NCBI GenBank assembly: GCA_043228905.1
Contig: JBHGNT010000002.1
Coordinates: 24,118,001 to 24,182,000, forward strand
Direction of reading: 5' to 3'
Length of the DNA stretch: 64,000 bases
Source: Azolla caroliniana
Taxonomy: Eukaryota; Plantae; Polypodiophyta
Shown here: positions 13,106 to 25,465 of the stretch, one piece after another
How the letters are laid out: every line of letters begins with the position of its first letter
Numbering within the stretch: position 1 is the first letter of the stretch
Made by a program: the position numbers and the translations under genes
Notes under the pieces: generated by a model
What the model saw: the letters and a program-made list of their open reading frames with translations, nothing else
Told to the model about the DNA's origin: nothing
The model's database searches: none

Positions 13106-14115
13106 CCCAATGTGACAACTAACGTCTCCCAGCTATCCGGGAGGGAACCGAACAAGAGCAATGCGAGTACCTCATCGGCGAGAGGTAATTCCAAGGAGCT
13201 TGCTTGATGTATTAGCCCTTGGAAGGCATTCATGTGCTCCACCATACTAGAGCCGTTTTGGTACTGGAGGTTCACTAGCTTCCGGAATACCGAAACCCGA
13301 TTAACAACATTCTTGTTCTCGAACATGATGCCGATCCTTCTCCCAGAGTTCATGAGCCCTGCTCTCTTCATTGAAGTTTTTGTACAGACTCATTTCGATG
13401 AAGCACCAGATGTATGTCATAGTCTTTATGTTCATCACCTCCCACACCATTGCGTCGATCTTATCCGGTCTCTTGTCCCCGAACTGAACCGGCAACCAAA
13501 GATCCTTAACCACCAACATATCCCTTATATTCAACTTCCACACTCAGTAGTTGGAGCCGGTGAGCTTGAACATACGCCGAACGATTTTTCCATTTCCTGT
13601 GTTATTCGCTTTGATACCAGATTGTAGAGTAAAGCATGGAATATTGCTCTGCCATAACCGAGTCTTGAATCACTATTAGAGAATGAAACACAGAAATGGG
13701 AACTAAAGAGTGAACATAGGATGTTTACGTGGAAAACCCTAATAGGGAAAAAACCATGGGAGCCCACAGATTCCAAACTATCACTATGAAGAGAAGGGGT
13801 ATAATCAGAGACTCGGAGGCAACGACCTCGAGCTTTGTTTCTTCGCCTAGTAGCGGATACAACAGAATATAGCTTTGTATCTCTCTCTCCCTCTCTCTCT
13901 TTCGCTCTCTATACAATAGTTACAACAATGCACAACAACACCTAAAGCGATTGCCCTAAGTCATATTTATACTTATATGAACTTAGGGCTATTTACAATT
14001 ATAGCATAAATAGGCTCACTCAAGACATATTTACAAGTATGTCTTCTCTTCCGGTTCTCACCGGGTTTTCTCTATTCATAACCAGATCTCATCTGGAGGG
14101 AACGATTTCCCAACA
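13106..14115 (-). mobile_element. Ty1/copia 5' half: LTR (13623-14115), tRNA-iMet PBS, decayed gag
   Basis: TGTTGG...TCTACA LTR; TGGTATCAAAGC at 13608-13619; gag motif ALLLFGSLPDSWETLVVTL; same LTR family as 23347-24799. Confidence 0.9.
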
Positions 14116-14887
14116 CGACTGTGTGTTAGGGGGGTGCTATTTGCGAGTGGTGCGACTCCTGGGGCTCTGACAGTGATTGTTGTGTCAGCGCGGAGTCGGC
14201 AGTTTCCTCGATTGGCTCGGGGCGTCGGGAAGGTAGCCGAGAGAACGCATGGTGCAATTGGGCGCCGAAATGGCGGCTGGGGTTTCCACCTACATCGTTC
14301 GTTGTGTTTCCCAACGTGAACTGGGCGTGCCAAATTGTGTTGTCTCTACTTCGAGAAAACACCTTCGATTATTCTTAAGCTAATCGGGTCAAGAGGTTGT
14401 GGTACGTAGTGGTGGACAGGAATCCCCGAGCTTGTACGGATAGTTACTTACGGAAATAAAAACCGTAAGCCACAATCAACCTAGTAAATTGCACTAAAGA
14501 TCTGTGATAGCTAGTTCCAATAACACATATAGATTGTGCGAACAGATTAGGCCCACAAGGAAAAGTTATATTAATGTATTCAGGTACAAGAGCTACACAG
14601 CTCACGACCGGAGTTCTATTCTCATATACTCAGGAAAACAGTAAATCTCACTAGAGAAGGTATATCTTCTACGCATTCTCCCCCCTCTTCCTTCTGATTC
14701 TCCTTCTTGTTATATAGCTTCCCTTCCTATTCGGCGTGCTTCAGCTACTCCTTTATTCTCGGCCTTCATTCTCCGTTGCTCGTATTTCGTTACCTTTCTC
14801 CTTCCCGGTTGTCGTTCTCCACCTACTTTTCCTCCCCGTATCCTTAGATTAATTTCACACTATATCCCTTTTGTCCCACGGATAACA
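14116..14887 (-). mobile_element. Second copy of the older gypsy 5' LTR (14338-14887) with tRNA-Arg PBS (14321-14332) and gag 5' part
   Basis: Reverse copy of 7304-8053; retains TGGCACGCCCAG 5 nt after the LTR. Confidence 0.82.
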
Positions 14888-15600
14888 ATGAAGTCCAACA
14901 AAGTTTTAATGGAGATACTTACAACCGACAATTACCTAGTTCCGTCAACATAGGTGCATGATACATTTCGTGTAAGTTTGCTGAAGAGATTTCATGCAAA
15001 TAAACATTGGAGCCGGAAGACTAACCTAAGTGAGGAAGCGGAAGAACCTGAAGCAATCTTAAAACAAAAAGTGCGCAATGGAACACGGAATTTTTTATCA
15101 AATGGAAATGGTGACCACTTTCAGAAGCCACATGGATCTCTGAAGAAAGTTTGTTTCGTTCGGATCCCTCATTCTTGTACGGGTACCCTAGCTCTAATTA
15201 GTGCTACAATGGCAAGGGTTTAGACATTGCCTACTATATTAGTATGGTAAAACCACATTTTCCATTGTCCTTCTTTCCCTTTTTTCATTTACTTATGGAC
15301 TTAGCAGGTCATGTTATTGTACTAGTGTTTTAGTTTCGAGGACGAAACTCTTCACCTCGTGGGACAGTGTTATGTTATGGAGTGTTCAGAATTAGAGAAA
15401 TTAGGGGAAGATTGGTTGGGAGTAACTAGAGGAATTAGTGGTCAAGTAGCTAGAGAAATTGGTGGTGAAGTAGTTGAGTCCATGGGTATTTAAGTATGTT
15501 GTGTGCATAGAGAAGAGGGGGCTAGTTTCTGGAAATTAGGGGGGTGCCCCCAATGTAATACTTCCTCTTTAATACAAAATACCCTTTTCTCTTATTGATT
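14888..15600 (+). mobile_element. Chromovirus 3' remnant with chromodomain
   Basis: ORF 14954 HDTFRVSLLKRF...EPEAILK, then frameshifted FLIKWK..PLSEATWISEESL. Confidence 0.72.
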
Positions 15601-16160
15601 GAATACTCCTTTTCTATAATTCTCTTTTCTCTTTCTAGTGCTTTGTTATACTTGGTCTTAGCCTAGTATACTCACTTTAGAAGGTTGGATGTATATGATC
15701 CACCACACATTGCAATGTTCTTAAAACAATGTCAGATCGAGCAACATTTCTTAGTATGCAAAAATGTTAAAATCCATAGCAAATGTTGATCCTTGAGGGT
15801 AACCGCTATCACAACATATGTTGTCTTCACTTGTAGACAAGCATTGAATCGCTATATTGTGAGTTGAGATAGTCCAAGAAAAACACACAAATATGTATGA
15901 GAACAAAGATACAGGATGCCCAACTATGAGAATTGACACATGGATTCAATTGAAGTAGAAATATAAAAAAATTATATGTTGAATGGATAACATTTGGATT
16001 TGTGAGCATGAGGCTCTTGTATCCTTTTGTACCCTCTTCCATTATGCTCCCAAAATCCAGTACCTTTTCCAACTAGCCATTGCTTCCAAAAAATAATATG
16101 CATATTAAGTCCATATATATAATTACATTGCTGCAAGTTCTAAAGGAAATTCAATTCAAA

Positions 16161-16657
16161 ACCATTGCCATTATTTGATTATTTAGGTTACCTCCATAAT
16201 GCAGATAAATAAATGTCTTGATGCATGTCATAATGCATACATTTCTAAAAACTAAAAGTACCTACTCCTAAAACAATGCTTTTGAAGATTTATGAGAGAT
16301 TGTGGCTTGAGTACTATAAAATAAACACAAAAGTTGGATTCATATTGTCTTAGATTTAGAGTAAATATATATGTCATGACGTGCAGGAAATACTAGAATA
16401 TAATAACATACCCACAAATTATAAAATTGCGTACCCGCTCTATAAATCCCTCGAATTTTGTAGAAAAGAGGGTGCAATGACATTATAAAACACCAAACTT
16501 AGATAGATCGAAAAAGAGATATATTAGATAGGACAAATCTTGCCCATTTACTGGTCAAAAGACAAAGTGGAGTGGGACACAACCTTAATTCTCAACTATC
16601 CTAGGAAGAAAGTTCACTCGATGGGACGAGGAAAAAATATACCTTACAACCAAACAC
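16161..16657 (+). repeat. Copy of PPO upstream region (matches 26633-27144)
   Basis: Direct match from ACCATTGCCA to CCTTACAACCAAACAC. Confidence 0.92.
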
Positions 16658-17789
16658 CATCATCTCCAATATCCTTGGGGAGTCTTTGAAAATGCGGCAA
16701 ACAAGTTTTCTTTTGATCCATGCCATCAATAATCATACACATATACTTTTCGGGAGATTGAAACGCTTTTTGTCGGTGATGCATAGCCTTAGTACGTTCC
16801 AATGCCTGACTTTCACAATGTTCTTTTAACAGGTTCTTGTAATTCTTGATCTCTACATCTGATTTTCCACCCTTGGCCATACTTTTTAAACTCGCACATA
16901 TTGAGCAGACTCCCATTCGCACCTTTCGTGGGATAACCACGTTATTAAATTGTAACCTCCATAGTCGATTAAAATGCCTATACTGTATGTAAGGCTCAAC
17001 ATCGGAAGACATGTCGTCCTTGTACGATTGGTAAACTTCCCTTCGAGTAAAGTTATCTGACAAATGAAGTCTTCCTGTCGTTGGCATAACTTCGCACTGT
17101 TTTGAAAAATATACCTCCATCCACCTAATTGCCTATTGCCCAATTTGACCCTTACATCCAGAACCATTTTGATTGAACTGTACCCAGGAGCCCTTCACAA
17201 GTCGCTCTTGAACTCGTTGCAGCCGCATATTTCCAATGCTATGAGTGATTTTAAAAGCTGCTCGACAACACTTGGTATATAGTCCAAGGAAATATTCAAC
17301 TTGCGTTGAATTAGGCCCTGCTTTGTGATCCAATTTAAGTTGCATATGTGCAATAAGAAACGTATCTTGCTCTTCCCCATTAAGCGACAAGTATTTTTGT
17401 CGTGTTTCACGTAACCTTGACTTTCCATAAGTTGATAGACAGAGATTCGCACAACACGATTTGTTCAAGTCGCATAGAAGTTGACGATCAGAACATAAGA
17501 AATTAAATCTCTTTTCACTAACTTGTCGAGGAACTCTTTTAAATGCTAGAGGTTTAGTAATGCTATTGTTATCTATCGACGAAGAATCGTCCGCTTGTAG
17601 GCTTGCATGAAGAGGGCCATCAACAGGATCAATTGAAAACAGAGAATTTGAAGTACTAGGAGCCACACTTTTTTGTTTAAGCCGCGAATGTTTTTTGTGG
17701 TCGTACTCTTCTATTGAGAAATACGAATTATCTGTCAATGAAAAGGGGGCAATAGAAAAAAGAGATGTTCTACTTGTAGAAGAAGACAT
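16658..17789 (-). pseudogene. DDE transposase N-terminal half, Sola/DUF7869-like, truncated
   Basis: ORFs 17789-17133 and 17120-16644 are one frame with a single TAG; Cys motifs CCANLCL, CCRAAF, VCSIC; MIIDGMDQKKTCLPHF (first catalytic Asp region); cut off at 16658. Confidence 0.75.
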
Positions 17790-18076
17790 TTGAGGGAGTC
17801 TAACTGTATTCTAAAACCTTTTTTCATGAAAATTAAGGAATGCTAAAGCCTAACTATATAACTACCCGAACACTTAGATTAACTATATTATTTTCCGAAA
17901 TTTTCCTAAAAAACAAATAATTAAAATTTTTATTTTATTTTAAAAAGAATGCTAAAGTCTTCTATATAAGGAGGTTAGAAATTTCATTTTCATTATCACG
18001 TGAAAGAATCTATCGAGCTCAGAGCACAGGCCAATTTTCGAGCACATCTTGGATAGCACTACCTCCGGCACGAACC

Positions 18077-21000
18077 ATGAACAAGGGAAAGAAAATCGTC
18101 AGGTTAGTAATATTCATTACATTTTTTAAGATTCCTAAAGATTCCTTAAAGATTCCTTTCCTCAACACATAGAAATTTTATTTTATTTTGTACAACGAAC
18201 TTGGAAAGCAATTCTGAAAGCCAGGACCTTCAACCGAAATCCGGTGCAGTGCATCGGATTTTGGTTTCGGTTGAAAGGCATGATTTCGGTTGAAAGGTCC
18301 TGCCTTCAACCAAAATCCGATGCACTGCATCGGATTTTGGTTGAAAAATATGTTGTTCTTGCGATAAAAAACTATCGCATGGGACCATAAATTTGACGTA
18401 ATTTATATGATAATTTGCGTGATTTAGATGAAATTGTACGTTGTTTCTATGTTTTCACCAACGTTTTTAATTTCAGTGAACCTAGACAAAAAGTTCCTTC
18501 ATTTAGATTGAAGATTCGATCTCCGACAAAACGAGATTCTGGCTCCTTCATGAAGGACACGAGTAAAAAGAATTTATTTGACTCAACGGGGGAAGGAGGA
18601 TCCAAGTCATCTGTGGCTACTACCAAAATCAACAAAGGTAGTACGCAAGAGGAGAAAACGGTTGACGTGAAATATAAGGATTACCCCGAACTTGAATGGT
18701 GTCTCTCTTATGTCGAGGAGGATGGGGTGCTGTTATTGATAACGGCAAAATCGGACAGGGAAGGGAAACTTCAGCTTGGAAAAACATTTAATTACGGGCA
18801 TGTAACCAAGCTAGAGTACGAAGACATTGATTCTACATGTATTTTAATCGACGTCTCGAGCTCAGTTGGCGACAGGCGATTGCGACTTGATGAGGGAAAC
18901 CTAGTACCCGAATCTTGCAATCCCAAGGCTTTGCGTAAAGACCTACAAACGAAAAATAACTTGTTGGTAGCTCTTCGGTCGTACGTGACAGGAGAGATGA
19001 TGACCGGTGAAGCAGAAACTCCACCGAAAAAGTCTAGGAAGACAAATCCTGTTCAAAAGAAATATACTAAACGACCATGACCCGAAGAAGAAGAAGAAGA
19101 AATATTAGAGTTCGTGGAAGAAGAAGACGACCAACAAGTCGACGTCGTGGCTCCAGGCGGACAACTATCTTCTGGTGTCCTGACGTCAGAACAAAATAAA
19201 ATAAGAGAAAATATTGTGAAGACTAAACTTGTGCGCAGGGGCCAGCTATTTCATTTGCCCATTACTTCTATCCAAAGGCCCCCCATTGACCCCGTGACTG
19301 GAAGACGTCCCTTGGAAATTAGGGAGCCGCACTCCGTCCATGTCCAAAACCTGAAAAGCAAAATGAAAATCAATCCTCACGCTACTGTGGTGCCATTTTT
19401 GGTAATGGTTGATCAAGAATAATGCCCAACAGTAGCAGATTTCAAGTATAGCTCTGCAGACGATTACACATACTATGTAATCGGAGGATCACATTCGGCC
19501 GAAGCTCGACGACAGCTTGTCAAAGAATATCTTCTCACGCCGTTCTTCAAATACGCCGAATGTAAGGTATATGCAGGACTAACTCACGAGGAGGCGAAGC
19601 TGCTCGCATGGGACCATAACAATGACAACGATTATAGGCAAAAGATGTCATGTATAGAGAGGATAAGATTTTTTCATCATGAATACCTCGATGCCTTGAA
19701 TCGTTTTGGTCCAAGATTGTGGCCTGGATTGCGACGCCAGTGTTTATTGGAAGTAGGGATTGCAGTGGATGAGAGTACGAAATCCGAAGGTCTCCGAAAA
19801 TATGATTCTTGGTTTCAACTAGCTTTTCGGACCGGAGAGGTGTGGGATCTCCAAGACAAAATATTCTCTATGTGGGAGCGGAAAGAAGTCAAGGGGCAAA
19901 GATCAAAAAAGGGAAGAATTGATCCACAAGTTGAGATGAAATCAAAGACCAAGGGAAAAAGCGACTTGGTAATCGAGGAGTTACCAGAGGACATGAAACT
20001 TTTACCTTGGAGATCATTACAAGGTATCAAAGATGATAGATTGTTAATATCCGTGCTATCTCGAGTGGTCGCCAAGGAATTTAGTTTGGACGAGATGGTA
20101 ACAGACTTGCAAAAGTAAGTGTTTATAGTATACCTTTTCATGAAAGTCTTCAATTATTTTGAATATCTTATTTCTAATTTCATATTGATTGTGCAGTCAC
20201 AAGGTATACATGAAGATTCAGGAGTTGATGATGCAAAAACTGAGTTTACCGACATGGGAAGAAGTTGAACAAGCCTGCCCGATAACTTCTTCCTACAAGG
20301 CATTGGAAGAATATTTTATTGTATTTAGAGAATGGGTATGTGTCTTTTGAATGTTGATATGTTAGAAAGTAATGTTCCCTGCTAACAACAATGACACTTG
20401 CAAAAACCATCAAAATCGAAAAAGAACAACGACAATAATGACGGTATTCCAGCGGCCTTCATCACGCACTTAGAACGTGCGAAATATGAGAAGAGAATGA
20501 CCAAAGGGAAGGAAATGGAACTGCCCGAGGATTCGGAGACTGTAAAGAGTTTTTTGCATAGGTCCGATCCTTTCAAACAGCTTCATTATAGTGTTTTCAA
20601 TGGCGAAGTATCCCAGATGCTCGAACTGTTACCGAGAAGGCACTACACTTTGCTGATAGCTGACATACCATATGGTTTCCGTATTGCGGGATCAACATAT
20701 GATGATGTGCCTTTCAAGTACCCTCAGATCGAGAAAATGGTAAAGGATTTCGCAGAACTGACATTGGCCCCCTTGTGGAGGATAGTCATATTTCATAGCA
20801 TGGGGCAATCACTGTCAGTCACAACAGCTTTGAAGTCCCGTTGTCATGCCACTGAACACATGCATTGGTGCGTTATAGTTCGCTTTTACTCATTACAGTA
20901 CTTCTTATTATATGTACACATTTACACCTCTAATACTTGATTTTCTTTCTCTATAGGATCAAAACAAATATTACACGTAGCCTTGGCGATCGAATGGTTA

Positions 21001-21684
21001 GTGCGGTCGAACATTTTTGTGTGGGCTACTATGATTCAATTACAAAGAAGAAGGCTAGAGCACATGTCAATGAGCGTAAGGTGGTTAACTACATCATGTG
21101 CCCAGTCGTAACCAAAAAATTAAGACGTGTAAGGGGATAAAAGTATGGTGAACCCTTATCAAAAACCTCAAAGATTGATCAACCGCCTCATAGAGCTCTT
21201 CTTGAATCCAGATGATTGGGTCCTAGACTTGTTCTCTAGCACAGGTATAATGTATATATTTAATTTCAATCTTGTCTATCAAGTTTAAGACGTTACTTCT
21301 TATATATACTTGTTTGTGTTCATGCGACCATTAGGTACAACGATAGCTTGTGCATTGAAGATGTTTAGAAACTGTGTTGCATTGGAGAAGGACCCTGCTC
21401 AAGTTAACTTCATCAAAATCAAGATCACAGGAATCTGGGACTGTCCAGATCAGGATCAAGAAGTCGGAGCAAAACACATCAACGAGACAGAGATGTTCCA
21501 GATGACTTCACGAGAACCAATGGAACCAATTGATGAAGAAGCAGGGGAGCTGGTGGACTTGGAAGATGTAGCACAGTTTGACCATACATCAGATTCGGGA
21601 GAGCTTGGAGATGACACGAATGAAAACAGTCTAGAACAATCAACGCCAGAGGAGCCTGCTCTGCCTGATTTGCTTATAGATTGA
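18077..21684 (+). pseudogene. Six-exon gene: ParB/Srx-like domain + beta-class N6A/N4C DNA methyltransferase (~967 aa reconstructed)
   Basis: Exons 18077-18102, 18477-20114, 20197-20335, 20404-20867, 20957-21244, 21335-21684 with consistent phases. Motifs YYVIGGSHSAEA, LLIADIPYG, WIKTN, NPYQKP..LI..LIE, WVLDLFSSTGTT, RNCVALEKD. Stops at 19078 and 19420, acceptor CAG>CAA at 20403, +1 frameshift ~21135. Confidence 0.85.
18222..18345. repeat. Nested palindromes in intron 1; perfect 20-bp stem with 1-nt loop at 18305-18345
   Basis: TTCAACCAAAATCCGATGCA-C-TGCATCGGATTTTGGTTGAA; imperfect twin at 18229-18266; outer CAGGACCTT...AAGGTCCTG. Confidence 0.9.
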
Positions 21685-22439
21685 TGTAGATGGCGTAATG
21701 TAAAAATTGAGGATTTTGAGGCATAATGTTCACCATCACTTCATATTATATTTGTATATGAGAACATATGTAATTGTTTATCGTTTAATTAAATTCACCT
21801 GTTCATAATTTCCCTTTTAAATCATTATTGGAACCGTTGTTTGTATTTACATATAATTGGTCACCATGCTCTTCTTCAGTTTGAGATATTAACATGATAT
21901 TGTAATTTCTCATTTCCGTTAGCATGACTGTATATGAAAAGGCGAATGTTTTTGATAATAAGAGGTTTTTAGTTACCTACGGTTCAAGTCTACTAGTTCC
22001 ACATAGTATAAATGAATGTCGTACGTAATTGTTACTCTTACCAATTACATTGTCATGAACTATATGACATTATACAATGAAACTATCGATATACCCCTCC
22101 AACAAGTGGGGTACTACTTTATTCCTAAACCCAAAACCACATATTTATAATTACGGTTTATGTAGTTTTACTCTACAATTTGAATATGGATACCAATTTT
22201 AGAACTTTATATTGAACCAAGTCTTCAATTGTGCTCCATGATATGCAAATTGACACGAATGTGGACACATATACAATTTAGTAATTGCTAGGTTTTTTTT
22301 GTTCTATATTTAACCATCAAGTCGCAAAAGGGGTACGCATGCATCATATATTTTCGATATCAGGCTAAAATAGGGTACTTTTCTACATCTGGCCAACTAT
22401 GCCAAAAGAGAATACGACATATTACCTGTTTCAAATGAC

Positions 22440-23125
22440 CCGGTGTTAGTTGGAGACAACCAACTCGAATGAGAGCAAAAACCGATCGGAGGAAGCCGAG
22501 TCGGTTCGGATGTTTGATTCGGATACGCTGAATCAACCAAGGGACAAGCAGAAGAGAAGGCAGCAAAAGAGGCACCAACAACGCAACAACGAGGAAGTTG
22601 AGAAGGGTTGTCTAAGCAGACAAGCTGACCGGAAGGGTCGAGGAGCGCGAGCCAGGCGTGAAGCCAGAAGGAACCGGAGCGTAGATCCGGCGGAGCAGGT
22701 GGAACCTCAAGTTGAGCTTGAGGGGGAGTGTTGAGAGACAAGCTCAACATTTGTGCGTAATATGATGCGTAACCCAGTGCGTAGATTGGGTGTGTAAATC
22801 GGTACGCATAACATGGCCGTATCGGTGCGTAAACCGGAAGGCCGTTAGTATGATATTCCTCGTAAGAAATAATTTTGGGAGTTAGTGTAGAGCTCACTTA
22901 TGAGCATTGAAGTACGTGTCAGTACTTCTGTCAGTCCGTATGGACTTGTATAAAAGTGCTCACTGAGCACATCCTATGTACAGATTGAGTATTATTTTGA
23001 ATCGAGTTTTTCTGTGTGTTCTCTCTCTCAGTCTCTCCCGTGTATTGTGCATATACAAGCTCTCCATTAAACCTGCGTATTTTCCGTGTTCGGTTTCATA
23101 TTGCTTCCGCATGCTCTTCTTTACA
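22440..23125 (+). mobile_element. Ty1/copia 3' end: pol tail (..PQVELEGEC), PPT and 3' LTR 22729-23125
   Basis: Same PPT/LTR junction as 2762-2799; LTR ends CTTTACA at the YxDD codons of another copia RT. Confidence 0.85.
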
Positions 23126-24799
23126 TGGATGATATGCTGATCGTTGGACGAGACCAAGTCAAGATACGGATGCTAAAGAAGGCTCTGATCCGGGCCTTCT
23201 CAATGAAAAACTTGGGTCCGGCAAGACAAATATTGGGAATGCACATTATCCTAGACCGGTCGAAGAAGCTATTGTGGTTGTCACAGGAGAAGTACGTGAC
23301 AAAGGTACTCCAAAGGTTCAACATGTCGGAGGCGAAACCGGTTGGAAGAGATCTAGAAACCGGATTGGTGGACCCGGTGAGAATCGGAAGAGAAAACATA
23401 CTTGTAAATATGTCTTGAGTGAGCCTATTGAGGCTATATTTGTAAATAGCCCTAAGTTCATACAAGTATAAATATGACTTAGGGCAATCACTTTAGGTGG
23501 TGTTGTGCATTGTTGTAACTATTGTATAGAGAGCGACAGAGAGAGAGGGAGAGAGAGATACAGAGCGATACTCTTTTGTAACCACCGTTGGGCGAAGAAA
23601 CAGACCTCAAGATCGTTGCCTCCGAGTCTCTGATTGTACCCCTACCTCCCCTTAGGTACAACCACACGATTGATAACACTTTAATCTCTCATGAGGACCT
23701 CAATAAAGTAATACGCCAAGAAATATGGCAAATTTACACTCGGTATAAATGGATCACCCCACGAGAGCCACTCCCATCTAAAATGTTGTACTATAAGGAA
23801 CACTTCATGCACTTCTTTGAGTTAGGTTTTATCACGCGGCCAAAATATCTAGATGTATTCTTACCACATGCACTAAGGGTTGCCATTGGACAACTTAGAA
23901 TATCATCTCACCAACTTGAGATTGAGAATGGTCGTACTAATGGAGTCCCTAGGGAGGAAAGGATATGTAGGTTATGTCACATAGAGATAGAGGATGAGTA
24001 TCACTTTACATGCAAGTGCCCAATCTACGTCGAGATAAGGGCAAAATACCAAGACATACTTGGTTCCTCTCCCACCCTCCCCAAACTATTAGATACTCTA
24101 GATATAAAGAAATTAGGCACATACATTCTAGAGCTAAAACAACACAGAGAGAATAATTACAAAATGTTGACAATAATGTTGCTAATGTTCACCAACATGT
24201 AACAAATGAAGTTTTTCAGGAATAGGGGGAGCCAACAAATGTCGACACACTTGCACCACTAGGCCTTTCCCTTGATGAGGCAGAAAACAAAAGAAGAACC
24301 AGACGTCCTCGGGTGCCGGGTTTCAAAGCAACTCGACGTGGTGTGGAAGCAATAATGAAAATAAGGGAACGTGAGCTACACCGCCTAGAAGCCATGGCTA
24401 GGGCACTCTCTACATTGGAACCACGGGTCACACCCACATCAAAACCCTTTGACCCCCAACTTCTTTTCGAGAGGCTTGGGTGGAAATAAAATTCGGATGA
24501 GTGTAAAGTCACTTCCTTTATCGAGTATACCACGTATTATACACTACTAGAACTCCTTTAGCTTAAGTTCTATGTTTACTTTATTTTATTTTAGTTATGA
24601 TGACTGGATAAATACTCATTTTGTTGTAAATCAATTGTCTCATGGGCCAAATTTGGCCTTAGAATACGTTAATATATATTTCTTTCTTTCTTTTTCTTAA
24701 TAGTGATAGATTGGAGTTTGTGGGTTACCGTAGTTTTATTCTCTAATACGGATTCAAGACCTGGTTGTGGCCAAGCAATATTCCGCGCTTTCCTTTACA
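23126..24799 (+). mobile_element. Ty1/copia RT fragment plus 3' LTR (LTR split by a LINE)
   Basis: DDMLIVG...MKNLGPARQILGM...LSQEKYVTKVLQRFNM; LTR pieces ~23347-23645 and ~24690-24799 match the reverse complement of 13623-14090. Confidence 0.88.
23646..24690 (+). mobile_element. 5'-truncated LINE, RTE-X-like ORF2 C-terminus and 3' UTR
   Basis: LRISSHQLEIENGR...REERICRLC...EDEYHFTCKCPIY; ends in a (TTTC)n tail; interrupts a copia LTR. Boundaries +/-10 bp. Confidence 0.8.
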
Positions 24800-25465
24800 A
24801 CTCACACATAGGCTGTGATCTCTCCACACCTCTGAGCCCTCCCGAAGTTACCCAAGCCGAGTTCAACCCCTTCCTGGCGTTACTAGAAGACCCGGACTTT
24901 GACACGATGGCGTACCCGTATCCCCATTATATGGATGACCTAGACGCGGAGTCTCACATCCACTCTTTTGTGTCTACTTGGCAAGCCAACCATTCGACGT
25001 AGCATCTCACCGTTGCAGAGGTCGATGCCTCCAAGATCGCTGAATTCACACTGTCCCTCGACGGACCCACGATGCAGTGGTACTCCAACCGTGAGCCTAG
25101 GGAATTTGCGACATTTCAAGACATTCACACACAATTCCTCGAACTTTTTCACCGACAAGTACTGAAGCAGGAACTGCTCTACGAGTTCTATGCTATAATG
25201 CAGAAATCGCATGAGACGGTTTCTTAGTTCACGATCCGATTCCAAGATCTCTATCGGCAACTCGCGCAGGACATCTCTGCGAATCATTTAAAACACACGT
25301 TCCTTGCCGGCCTCCAGGAGCCATCCGCACCACTCTCGCCTTGCACGAGTTTTCTCAACAAACCATCGAGCAAGTAGTCGCCCGCGTCCTTGCGATAGAT
25401 AGAACCCAACATAGCACTTCTTTTTCAATGGGGCCACTCCAATAGGCCTGGCCACCCCAGAAAGA
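24800..25465 (+). mobile_element. Older gypsy gag remnant (continuation of 14116 side; paralog of 8054-9435)
   Basis: Colinear with 8054-8318 plus 9061-9435, without the solo LTR. Confidence 0.85.

Noticed and set aside
12973-13371. Gag-PPO fusion ORF
   Set aside because: The PPO part is out of frame; a rearrangement junction, not a chimeric gene.
16658-21684. Bacterial contamination or restriction-modification operon
   Set aside because: The methyltransferase has phase-consistent spliceosomal introns and is nested in plant TEs.
22100-22440. GGGTAC motifs as transposon subterminal repeats or right end
   Set aside because: Only three short matches and the opposite end is lost, so no TIR can be verified.
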